Assembly: GCA_963720545.1 (NCBI GenBank)
Contig: OY970399.1
Span: 3,328,001-3,392,000, forward strand
Source: an uncultured Acidobacteriota bacterium
GTDB lineage: Bacteria; Acidobacteriota; Vicinamibacteria; Fen-336
Direction: 5' to 3'
Length of the DNA: 64,000 nucleotides
Part shown: positions 23,139-31,912 of the stretch, piece after piece
Layout of the letters: each line of letters starts with the position of its first letter
How positions within the stretch are numbered: position 1 is the first letter of the stretch
The notes under the pieces: generated by a model
The model's input: only the letters and a program-made list of their open reading frames with translations
Database searches by the model: none
What the model was told of the DNA's origin: nothing
Translations under genes and position numbers: made by a program

Positions 23139-24323
23139 ATGAAGAAGACCCTCGCGCCCCCGCGCGCCTTCGCAACCCGCGCTGTCCACGGCAGCAGGAT
23201 GCCGGCCTCCGGCCCGCTGGCGACCCCCATCGTGCAGTCGTCCACCTTCGTATTCGAGTCGTCCGCGCAGATGCGCGACTACCTGCACGGCGATCCCGCG
23301 CTGCACCTCTACACGCGCTATTCGAACCCCACGCTCGCGGCACTCGAGGAATCGCTCGCGCAGCTCGAGGGCGGGGAAGGGGCCATTGTCTTTTCGTCGG
23401 GGCTCGCCGCGATGACCACTGCGCTGTGGTCGACGCTCTCGGCGGGCGACGAAGTGCTCGCGAGCTCGTCGCTCTACGGCGGCACCACCAAGTTCATCCG
23501 CAAGATACTGCCGCGCTTCGGCGTCGCGCACCGGATCGTGCCGGTCGCCGAGATGAGCCGCCTCGAGAGCTATCTCTCACCGAACAGCAAGGTGGTGGTG
23601 CTGGAGTCGCCGACCAACCCCAACGTGGACATCGTGGACATCGCGGCGGTGGCGCGCGCCGCGCACGCCCGCGGCGCCCTGGTGATCGTAGACAACACCT
23701 TCGCGACGCCTTTCAACCAGCGGCCGCTCGAGCTCGGCGCCGACCTCGTCATGCACAGCCTGACCAAGGCGCTCTCGGGGCACAGCGACATCATCGCCGG
23801 CGCGCTCATCGGCTCGGCCGCGCACCTCGAGCCGGCGCGCGAGCACCTGAAGGTGCTGGGCGGTTGCATGGATCCGCACGCCGCGTATCTCGCGCTGCGC
23901 GGCCTCAAGACCGTGCACCTGCGCGCCGCGCGCCAGGCGGAGAACGCAATGGCCGTGGTGCAGGCGCTCGCCGGGCACCCGAAGCTGTCGCGGGTCCTCT
24001 ATCCCGGCCTGCCGTCGCACCCGGGCCACGCGATCGCGAAGCGGCAGATGGCGACCTTCGGCTCGATGTTCGCGCTGTCGTTGCGCGGCGGCCTGGCGGC
24101 TGCCGAGAAGTGCTACGACGCGCTCGAGCTCGTGGGCCGGGCGGCGAGCCTCGGCGGCGTCGAGTCGATCGTCAGCCTGCCGGTGCACACGTCGCACCAC
24201 GGATATTCGGACGAGGAGCTGGCACAGGCCGGCGTCGATGCCGGCATGATGCGCTTCTCGATGGGCGTCGAGGACGCGCGCGACATCGCCGCCGACATCG
24301 AACAGGCGCTGGACGCTTCGTAA
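23139..24323 (+). CDS. PLP-dependent trans-sulfuration enzyme (cystathionine gamma-synthase/lyase or methionine gamma-lyase family)
   Basis: YTRYSNPT, FSSGLAA, LESPTNP, VDNTFATP, HSLTKALSGHSD, SLGGVES. Confidence 0.92.
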   Translation: MKKTLAPPRAFATRAVHGSRMPASGPLATPIVQSSTFVFESSAQMRDYLHGDPALHLYTRYSNPTLAALEESLAQLEGGEGAIVFSSGLAAMTTALWSTLSAGDEVLASSSLYGGTTKFIRKILPRFGVAHRIVPVAEMSRLESYLSPNSKVVVLESPTNPNVDIVDIAAVARAAHARGALVIVDNTFATPFNQRPLELGADLVMHSLTKALSGHSDIIAGALIGSAAHLEPAREHLKVLGGCMDPHAAYLALRGLKTVHLRAARQAENAMAVVQALAGHPKLSRVLYPGLPSHPGHAIAKRQMATFGSMFALSLRGGLAAAEKCYDALELVGRAASLGGVESIVSLPVHTSHHGYSDEELAQAGVDAGMMRFSMGVEDARDIAADIEQALDAS

Positions 24324-24378
24324 ACGCAGCAGGTAGCAACTCAACCTCAACCACGATCTTTCGAATCGAAGGAGGCGC

Positions 24379-25971
24379 ATGCTCGCCAGTCTGGTCCTGC
24401 CGTTGCTGCTCGTCGTCGCCCCGCCCCAGGAGAAGGATGCGAAGCCCGCCGCGGCCGCGTCCGACAAGGCGGACAAGTCGGCGAAGTCCGACAAGGCGGA
24501 CAAGGCGGACAAGGCGGAAAAGAAGGATGCGGACGGCAAGTCCGACGAGACCGAGCCGGTGGTCACGAAGCACGAGATCAACGTCAACGGCAGGCCGCTG
24601 CGCTACACCGTCACCACCGGCATGATGCCGCTGCGCAACGACCAGGGCGAGAAGGAAGCCGACATCTTTTTCATTGCGTACACCGCCGAGCGCCCCGGCG
24701 CGCCCGACAAGCGGCCGCTGATGTTCTCGTTCAACGGCGGGCCCGGCTCGGCGTCGGTGTGGCTGCACCTTGGCGCCCTCGGCCCGAAGCGCGTGCAGAT
24801 GCAGGACGACGGCGCGATGCCGGCGCCGCCCTACAAGCTCGTCGACAACCCGCAGACCTGGCTGGCCGACACCGACCTCGTGTTCATCGACCCGGTCGGC
24901 ACCGGCTACAGCCGGCCTGCGAAGCCGGAGCTCGGCAAGAAGTTCTGGGGCCTGCAGGGCGACCTCGAGTCGGTGGGCGAGTTCATCCGCCTTTACCTGA
25001 CGCGCTACGAGCGCTGGACCTCGCCGCTCTTCCTGGTCGGCGAGAGCTATGGCACCACGCGCGCCGCGGGCCTGTCGGGGTACCTCGTGGACCGCTCGGG
25101 CATTGCCTTCAACGGCATCGTGCTGGTGTCGTCGATCCTCAACTTCCAGACCGCGCGCTTCACCAAGGGCAATGACCTGCCGTTCCAGTTGTTCCTGCCC
25201 ACGTACACCGCGTCGGCCTGGTACCACAAGAAGCTGCCGGCGGACCTGCAGGCAAAGCCGCTGCGCGAGGTGCTCGACGAAGCCGAGCAATTCGCCGGCA
25301 GCGAGTATCCGATCCTGCTCGCGAAGGGCTCGAGCCTCACCGCCGCGGAACGCGCCGCGATGGTGGACAAGGTGGCGCGTTTCACCGGCCTCAGCAAGAG
25401 CTACGTGGACGCGGCCGACATGCGCATCGAGATCCAGCGCTTCTGCAAGGAGCTGCTGCGCGCGGAGCGGCGCACCGTGGGCCGGCTCGACAGCCGCTTC
25501 GAGGGCATCGACGCCACCGCGGCCGACGACTCGCCCGAGTTCGACCCAAGCATGGCGGCCATCCGCCCGCCGTACACCGCCGCGCTCAACGACTACGTGC
25601 GCCGCGAGCTCGGCTACAAGTCGGACGCGCACTACTGGATTCTCGGCGGCGGCATCAAGACGCCCTGGGATTTCGGCGAGATCGGCTTCGGCGCCGCCGA
25701 CGTCAGCGACTCGCTGCGCCAGGCATTCGCGCGCAACCCGTCGATGAAGGTGTTCGTCGCGTCGGGCTACTACGACCTGGCGACGCCGTTCTTCGCCACC
25801 AAGTACACCTTCAACCACATGGGTCTCGACGCCACGCAGTCGAAGAACATCTCGACCGGCTACTACGAAGCCGGTCACATGATGTACATCGCCGTGAAGG
25901 AACTCGACAAGCTGAAGCAGGACGTCTCCGCTTTCATCAGGACCTCCTTGCCCTCGTCCGCATCGAACTGA
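24379..25971 (+). CDS. Exported serine carboxypeptidase, family S10
   Basis: FNGGPGSAS, FIDPVGTGYS, GESYG nucleophile, GYYDLATP, EAGHMMY. Confidence 0.93.
   Translation: MLASLVLPLLLVVAPPQEKDAKPAAAASDKADKSAKSDKADKADKAEKKDADGKSDETEPVVTKHEINVNGRPLRYTVTTGMMPLRNDQGEKEADIFFIAYTAERPGAPDKRPLMFSFNGGPGSASVWLHLGALGPKRVQMQDDGAMPAPPYKLVDNPQTWLADTDLVFIDPVGTGYSRPAKPELGKKFWGLQGDLESVGEFIRLYLTRYERWTSPLFLVGESYGTTRAAGLSGYLVDRSGIAFNGIVLVSSILNFQTARFTKGNDLPFQLFLPTYTASAWYHKKLPADLQAKPLREVLDEAEQFAGSEYPILLAKGSSLTAAERAAMVDKVARFTGLSKSYVDAADMRIEIQRFCKELLRAERRTVGRLDSRFEGIDATAADDSPEFDPSMAAIRPPYTAALNDYVRRELGYKSDAHYWILGGGIKTPWDFGEIGFGAADVSDSLRQAFARNPSMKVFVASGYYDLATPFFATKYTFNHMGLDATQSKNISTGYYEAGHMMYIAVKELDKLKQDVSAFIRTSLPSSASN
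24463..24530 (+). repeat. 9-bp tandem repeat (GACAAGGCG) encoding a DKA linker
   Basis: DKADKSAKSDKADKADKAEKKD. Confidence 0.75.
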
Positions 25972-25975
25972 GAGC

Positions 25976-25993
25976 ACTGCGTCCGGACGCAGT
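25976..25993. repeat. Perfect 18-bp palindrome, shared with 38513-38527
   Basis: ACTGCGTCCGGACGCAGT. Confidence 0.75.
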
Positions 25994-26079
25994 CCGTTCG
26001 GCGAGCATCGATTCGGGCAGTTGCTTCAGAACTTCGGGAGGAAGTAGAACCTTACGGGCGTAAGCGCCGTCCTAGGGGC

Positions 26080-28494
26080 ATGGACACCATCTGGCGGGAC
26101 ATCGTGTATGCCGTGCGTGTGCTTGCCAAGGCGCCGTCCTACGCGGCCATCGCCATCCTCACGCTGGCGCTCGGCATCGGCGCCAACACCGCCGTGTTCA
26201 GCGTGGTGAACGCAGTCCTCCTTCGCCCGCTGTCTTATCCGCAGGCGGAAAGGCTCGTGCTCATCAGCGAATGGTCCGAGCAGGTTCCCGAGATGAGTTT
26301 CGCGATGTCGAACTTCAAGGACCTGCGCGACCAGAGCACGTCGTTCGAGCACCTCGCCGCCGCCAACCAGGCGAATTTCGTGCTCGGCGGCCAGGCCGAA
26401 CCGGAGCGGCTGCTCGCGCGGCAAGTCTCGAGCGACATGTTCGCGACGCTGGGGCGCACGCCGATCCTCGGCCGCGCGTTCACCGCCGCAGAGGACAAGC
26501 CCGGCGCCGCCGCCGTGACCCTCATCTCCGAGGGGCTGTGGGAACGCCGCTTCGGCCGCGACCCGCGCATCGTCGGCCAGAACCTGGTGCTGAGCGGCCA
26601 GCCGGTCACCGTCATCGGAGTCATGCCGAAGACCTTCCACGGCAGCTGGAAGCGCGCCGACCTGTTCATGCCGCTGCTGCGCCTCGAAGACACCATTGGC
26701 GGACCCGGCAACCGCGGCAACCACCCCGGCATCTACGTCACCGGCCGCCTCAAGCCGGGCGTCACCATCGAACAGGCGCGCGCCGACGTGGTCGCAATAG
26801 CGAAGCGCCTGGCCGACCAGTATCCCGACACCAACGCCAAGCAGAGCATGGTGGTCGACCGGTTCCTCGACGCCTACGTCGGCGAGCTGCGCCCTTCGCT
26901 CATGCTGTTGCTCGGCGCGGTGGCGTTCGTGCTGCTCATCGCCTGCGCCAACGTCGCGAACCTGCAGCTGTCGCGCGCGGCCGACCGGGCGAAGGAAGTC
27001 GCGGTGCGCATGGCGCTCGGCGCGAAGCGCGGCCGGCTGCTGCGCCAGCTGCTCACCGAGTCGGTGCTGTTGTCGCTCGCGGGCGCGCTGCTCGGCATCC
27101 TGCTGGCCTTCGGCGGCCTGAAGGCGCTGGTCGCGTCGCTGCCGCCGAACGTGCCGCGCGCCGACGAGATCGCGATCGACGGTCGGGTGCTGGTGTTCAC
27201 GCTGATCGTCGCCCTGGTCACCGGCGTCCTGTTCGGCGTGGCACCGGCGTGGCGCATCTCGAGCCTGCGCATCAACGATCCGCTGCGCGAGAACTCGCGC
27301 GGCACCGTCGGCCCGCAGCAGCACCGCCTGCGCAACACGCTGGTGGTCGCGGAGGTGTCGCTGGCGCTGACGCTGTTGGTGGGCGCCGGGCTGATGCTGC
27401 GCAGCTTCTACCGTGTGCTGACCGCCGACTCCGGCTTCAATCCGCACGGCGTGATGTGCGCCAACGTGCCGCTGCCGCAGGCGCGCTACGCCGACGACAA
27501 GGCACGCGCGCAGGTGGCGCAGCGCGTCCTCGAGGGCGTGCGCGCCGTGCCCGGCCTCGAGCATGCGGCGGTGACGCTGCCGCTCCTCGGCGGCTGGCAA
27601 AGCGGGTTCACCCTGCAGGGCCGGCCGGAGCCGCCGCCGGGACAGAACCCATCGGCCGACGTCGCGCGCATCAGCCCCGACTATTTCGCCACCATGGGCA
27701 TACGCCTGCTGCAGGGGCGCGGGTTCGACGAGCGCGACGTGCTCGACAAGCCAGCGGTCGCCATCGTCGACGAGACCTTCGTCCGCGAGCACTTCGCGAC
27801 GGAAAACCCGCTGGGAAAGCACTTCAGGTTCGGCGACGCGCAACACGAGGAACCGTGGCTCGAGATCGTCGGTGTCGTCAACCACGTGAAGAACTACGGT
27901 GTCGACCAGGAGTCGCGCGTGGAGGTGTACCTGCCGTATGCGCAAACCTCGGTCGGCTCGTTCACGCTGGTGGCGCGCACCAGCGGCGACCCGGCCGCGC
28001 TGACCACCGGCATGCGCGCGGCGCTGCGCGCCGCCGATCCGCAGCTGCCGATGTACGAGACGCGCACGCTCGACGCCTTGGTGGCCGAAGGCAACGCGCA
28101 GCGCAAGCTGTCGGTGCTGCTCATCGGCGTGTTCGGCGCGCTCGCCCTGGTGCTCGCCGCGGTCGGCATCTACGGCGTGATGTCGTATGCGGTCACCCAG
28201 CGCACCCAGGAGATCGGCGTGCGCATGGCCCTCGGCGCCGAGCAGGAGCAGATCATGAAGATGGTGCTGCGCCACGGCACTACGCTCGCCGCAATCGGCA
28301 TTGGCCTGGGCCTCGTCACCTCGCTGGGGCTGGCGCAGCTGGTGAAAACCCTTCTCTTCAACACCAGCACCGCCGACCCGCCGACCTTCTCGGTGGTGCC
28401 ACTGCTGCTGCTCAGCGTCGCCGCGGTCGCCTGCTACCTGCCGGCGCGGCGCGCCACGCGCGTCGATCCGATGGTGGCGTTGCGCAACGAGTGA
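26080..28494 (+). CDS. ADOP-type duplicated MacB/FtsX ABC permease
   Basis: TLALGIGANTAVFSVVNAVLLRPL, LLIACANVANL, RQLLTES, RTQEIGVRMALGA, PARRATRVDPMVALR. Confidence 0.94.
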   Translation: MDTIWRDIVYAVRVLAKAPSYAAIAILTLALGIGANTAVFSVVNAVLLRPLSYPQAERLVLISEWSEQVPEMSFAMSNFKDLRDQSTSFEHLAAANQANFVLGGQAEPERLLARQVSSDMFATLGRTPILGRAFTAAEDKPGAAAVTLISEGLWERRFGRDPRIVGQNLVLSGQPVTVIGVMPKTFHGSWKRADLFMPLLRLEDTIGGPGNRGNHPGIYVTGRLKPGVTIEQARADVVAIAKRLADQYPDTNAKQSMVVDRFLDAYVGELRPSLMLLLGAVAFVLLIACANVANLQLSRAADRAKEVAVRMALGAKRGRLLRQLLTESVLLSLAGALLGILLAFGGLKALVASLPPNVPRADEIAIDGRVLVFTLIVALVTGVLFGVAPAWRISSLRINDPLRENSRGTVGPQQHRLRNTLVVAEVSLALTLLVGAGLMLRSFYRVLTADSGFNPHGVMCANVPLPQARYADDKARAQVAQRVLEGVRAVPGLEHAAVTLPLLGGWQSGFTLQGRPEPPPGQNPSADVARISPDYFATMGIRLLQGRGFDERDVLDKPAVAIVDETFVREHFATENPLGKHFRFGDAQHEEPWLEIVGVVNHVKNYGVDQESRVEVYLPYAQTSVGSFTLVARTSGDPAALTTGMRAALRAADPQLPMYETRTLDALVAEGNAQRKLSVLLIGVFGALALVLAAVGIYGVMSYAVTQRTQEIGVRMALGAEQEQIMKMVLRHGTTLAAIGIGLGLVTSLGLAQLVKTLLFNTSTADPPTFSVVPLLLLSVAAVACYLPARRATRVDPMVALRNE

Positions 28495-28515
28495 GCGTCC
28501 CGGCGCAGGCGCGCG

Positions 28516-30546
28516 TTACTCGCCGCGAGCGCCGAGCGCGCGCAACCGTTCCTTCGCCCGCGCATCGTCCGGGTTCGACCGCAGTTCCGCGCGATACGCA
28601 TCGGCGGCGGCGACCCGCCGGCCGAGTCGCTCCAGCGCCTGGCCCAGCGTGTACTGGCCGGACGGCACGTCTGCGTCGAGGCGCAGCGCCGCGCGCACCC
28701 GCTGTTCGGCTTCGGCAAAGCGGTGCCCGCGCAACGACACGCTCGCGAGCTGCAGCTGCGCCGGCGCCATCGCCGGATCGAGCTCGAGGGCGCGGCGCAG
28801 CGCGCGCTCGGCGGTGTGCACATCGCCCAGCTCGAGGCTGAGCGTCCCGAGGACGTACCACGCAGCGGGCCGCCGCGGCTGCGCGGTCAAAGCCGCCTCG
28901 AAGGCGGCGAGCGCCTCGCGCGCGGCGCGCGGCCGGCCCGCCGCGCGGCACGCCTCGACCAGCGGCATCAGCGTCGCGTCGTCGTCGGGACGCAGCGCCA
29001 GCGCGTGCTGGTAGGCGTCGATCGACTCGCCAAGCCGCCCCGCTTGCCGCAGCCAGTCGCCAAGCGCGATGTGCGCCTCCATTACCGCGGGGTCTGCGTC
29101 CACCACCTTGCGCGCCGCCGCGATGCCCGCCTCGAGCTGGCCCTCGACCGCCAGGCCCTTCGCCACCTCGAGCGCCGTGAACAGCGAGACCTTGTCCTTG
29201 GGATCCGGCAGCACCGCCGCGGGATCGGTGCGCAAAGCCGCGCTCGCATAGCCGAGAGCGGCGAGCCGCTCGCGCAATGCGGCATCGCCGCCGCCGCCCG
29301 GCACCGCGTCGGCGCGACCATCACCAGCCCCCTTGCGCTGCAGCGCGCCGCGCAGCTCGTCCGCGCGCGCGCCCAGGCTCGCATACATGTTGGCGCTCTC
29401 CGATGGATCCTTCGCGAGGTCGTAGTACTCCGGCCGCGGCGCCTCGATGTACTTCGTGGCTGCGGCGCGCAGCGAGCGCAGCTGCTGCCAGCCGAAATGA
29501 TTGCGCGGATACCAGGTCTCCGAGTAGGCGGCGTGGCCAAGCTCGACGCGTGGGTCGAGGAGCGCGCGCAGCAGCGAGCCGCCGTCGATATCCGGCTGCG
29601 GCGTCAGCGCCGCGAGGTCCAGCAGCGTCGGCAGGACGTCGACGCCCGACACCTGCGTGCGGCTGCGACCGCGCAGGCTCCAGGGCGTACGCACGATCAA
29701 CGGCACGGCCATGGTCGAGTCGTAGATGAAAAAGCCGTGGCCCCACTCGGAGTGCTCGCCGAGCGACTCGCCGTGGTCGGCCGTCACCACAACCACCGTG
29801 CGCTGCATGAGCCCGCGCGCCTGCAGGTGCGCAACCAACCGCCCGATCTGCTCGTCGCTGTAGGCGATCTCGCCGAGGTACGGTTCGGCCCGGTACCGCG
29901 AGCCCCACGGCTCCGGCGCGGCGTAGGGCTGGTGCGGATCGAAGAGGTGCAGCCACGCGAAGAAGCGACCCGCGCCAGCGCCAGTGACGGTGTCGATCCA
30001 TGCCATCGCGTCGTCCACCACCGCTGCCGCGGGCCGTTCGTAGCGACCAGTCTCGAAACGGTCCGAATACCGGTCGAACCCCTGGCCCATGCCGAAGCGC
30101 GACTCGAGCACCCACGCGCCGAGGAAGCCGCCGGTGGCGAAGCCCGCCTCCTTGAAGCGCTCCGCAAGCGTCTCGCGGTCCTGGCCGAGTGCCGCGGTGC
30201 CGTTGTCGTGGATTCCGTGATGCCCCGGCAGCAGCCCCGTGAGCAGCGAAGCGTGCGACGGCAGCGTCAGCGGCACGACCGCGGTCGATTGTTCGAACAC
30301 GACACCGTCGCTGGCCAGAGCGTCGAGCGCCGGCGTGGGCACGCCCTTGAAACCATAGGGGCCGATGCGGTCGGCGCGCAGCGTGTCTATGGTAATGAGC
30401 ACGACGTTGACGCTTGCAGGCGCCGGCGAAAGCCGCGCCAGCCTGCGGCGCGCTTGCTCCTGCGGATCGGCATGCGCCGACCGCCACAGCCAGGCGCCGG
30501 CCCAGGCCGCCAGCAGCAGCAGGCCGAGCTTCGCGGCGTTCGCCAT
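28516..30546 (-). CDS. Sulfatase-like (alkaline phosphatase superfamily) hydrolase with C-terminal TPR repeats
   Basis: ITIDTLRAD, TLPSHASLLTG, HLFDPH, TADHGESLGEH, TPR helices. Alternative TTG start at 30552. Confidence 0.9.
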   Translation of the reverse strand: MANAAKLGLLLLAAWAGAWLWRSAHADPQEQARRRLARLSPAPASVNVVLITIDTLRADRIGPYGFKGVPTPALDALASDGVVFEQSTAVVPLTLPSHASLLTGLLPGHHGIHDNGTAALGQDRETLAERFKEAGFATGGFLGAWVLESRFGMGQGFDRYSDRFETGRYERPAAAVVDDAMAWIDTVTGAGAGRFFAWLHLFDPHQPYAAPEPWGSRYRAEPYLGEIAYSDEQIGRLVAHLQARGLMQRTVVVVTADHGESLGEHSEWGHGFFIYDSTMAVPLIVRTPWSLRGRSRTQVSGVDVLPTLLDLAALTPQPDIDGGSLLRALLDPRVELGHAAYSETWYPRNHFGWQQLRSLRAAATKYIEAPRPEYYDLAKDPSESANMYASLGARADELRGALQRKGAGDGRADAVPGGGGDAALRERLAALGYASAALRTDPAAVLPDPKDKVSLFTALEVAKGLAVEGQLEAGIAAARKVVDADPAVMEAHIALGDWLRQAGRLGESIDAYQHALALRPDDDATLMPLVEACRAAGRPRAAREALAAFEAALTAQPRRPAAWYVLGTLSLELGDVHTAERALRRALELDPAMAPAQLQLASVSLRGHRFAEAEQRVRAALRLDADVPSGQYTLGQALERLGRRVAAADAYRAELRSNPDDARAKERLRALGARGE

Positions 30547-30548
30547 CT

Positions 30549-31826
30549 TCAATCGGGCCGCACCAGCCGCACCACCTGCACCGAGGAAAGCGTTCCGGGT
30601 GCCGCTGTTTCGAGGACGGGCGTCGTGTAGGCGATGTAGACCGCGTCGCCGATGCGGGCAGCGCGCGGCACGCCGCTGGACCGTGCCGGCAGGGTTGCGG
30701 AGACCGAAAGCGCCGCGCCGCGCCGGCCATCGGGAAACACCACGCGTGCGCGGATCTCGGCGTGTTCGGCGGCGCGCTCGATCCAGGTGACGAGCGCCGA
30801 GCCGTCGTCGAGCAGGACCACGTCCACCCTGCCGATGGCCCCGCCGTCATCGATCGGCACGGGCTTGCCGAAGGTCTCGCCGGCATCCTGCGAGAACGCG
30901 ACGAAGGCGCGCGCCCTGTTGTCGGCCATCGTGAACCACGCTGCGGCCACGGTGTCGCCGCGCGCATCGAGTTGCGGGCCGTTCACCGGGCAGGCGTTGA
31001 TTCGCCAGCCGTCCGCCGCCAGCGGCCGCGGCCGCGACCAGACGTTGTCGCGTTCGTAGACGAAACTGATGTCGCGCACGTCTTCCCCGGGCCCGCCGCC
31101 GGCGCCGTCGCCGTTGGTCCGATCGCGGTACGCGGCCACCAGTCCCTTCGCGGTGCGTGCCAGCGCCGTCTGGCAGCAGTCGCACACCCGCGAGTCGAGC
31201 ACGGTCTCGCCCGAGACACGGTTGCGCGCGTCGAGCGAGGCGAACATCAACATCATCGCGCCGCCGGACGCCGTCTTCCTTCCGTCCAGCCACGTGAGCG
31301 CCATGGTCCCGCCAGCGAGCGGTTGCAGCGAGACGAAGCCGTGTTCGGTGGGGGAGCGGTCGCTCGACACCAGCACAGGCTTGCTCCAGGTGCGGCCGTT
31401 GTCGCGCGAGCGAGCGGCGAGCACCTGATACGCATATTGCTCCTCCGACACCTTCTGCAACCATTGCGCAACCAGGGCGCCGTCCGCCGCTGCCACGATG
31501 GCAGGGAAGTCTGCCCAGTTCACGAACAGCCGCTCCGACCGCACCACCGTGACGGTCTTCGACCACTTTTCCCCGGCCAGCATCGCCATCCTCAAAGCAC
31601 CCGATTCAACCCATGACAGGATCAACCGCCCATCGCCGGTCGCCGACAGGAACGGCTCGGCCGCCCCCGGTCCGGCAGGGGAAACCACCGGCACGGCTCG
31701 CGGCGCAGGTCCCGCGTCCGAAGGCAAAGGCGTAGGCGTAGCCGACGCGGCGGACGGAGCACCGCCGCGCGAGCAACCGGCAACGGCGCAGAGCAGGAAC
31801 AAGGCGAACGCGGCGCGAACAGGCAT
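30549..31826 (-). CDS. Sialidase-like/BNR (Asp-box) lipoprotein
   Basis: Lipobox VAGC, Asp-boxes SRDNGRTWS and SQDAGETFG, VNWADFP, VCDCCQT, ACPVNGP. Confidence 0.8.
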   Translation of the reverse strand: MPVRAAFALFLLCAVAGCSRGGAPSAASATPTPLPSDAGPAPRAVPVVSPAGPGAAEPFLSATGDGRLILSWVESGALRMAMLAGEKWSKTVTVVRSERLFVNWADFPAIVAAADGALVAQWLQKVSEEQYAYQVLAARSRDNGRTWSKPVLVSSDRSPTEHGFVSLQPLAGGTMALTWLDGRKTASGGAMMLMFASLDARNRVSGETVLDSRVCDCCQTALARTAKGLVAAYRDRTNGDGAGGGPGEDVRDISFVYERDNVWSRPRPLAADGWRINACPVNGPQLDARGDTVAAAWFTMADNRARAFVAFSQDAGETFGKPVPIDDGGAIGRVDVVLLDDGSALVTWIERAAEHAEIRARVVFPDGRRGAALSVSATLPARSSGVPRAARIGDAVYIAYTTPVLETAAPGTLSSVQVVRLVRPD

Positions 31827-31912
31827 CGGCCTTTCTACCACGCGCCCGCGCGCGCCTGTGACCCGCGCATTTCAGGCTGGAAAGCCGCCCGCGCTACACT
31901 GGCCGTTCTCCC

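Noticed and set aside
31827..31912. SAM riboswitch before yitJ or the trans-sulfuration gene
   Set aside because: The gaps are short and I recognise no S-box core sequence
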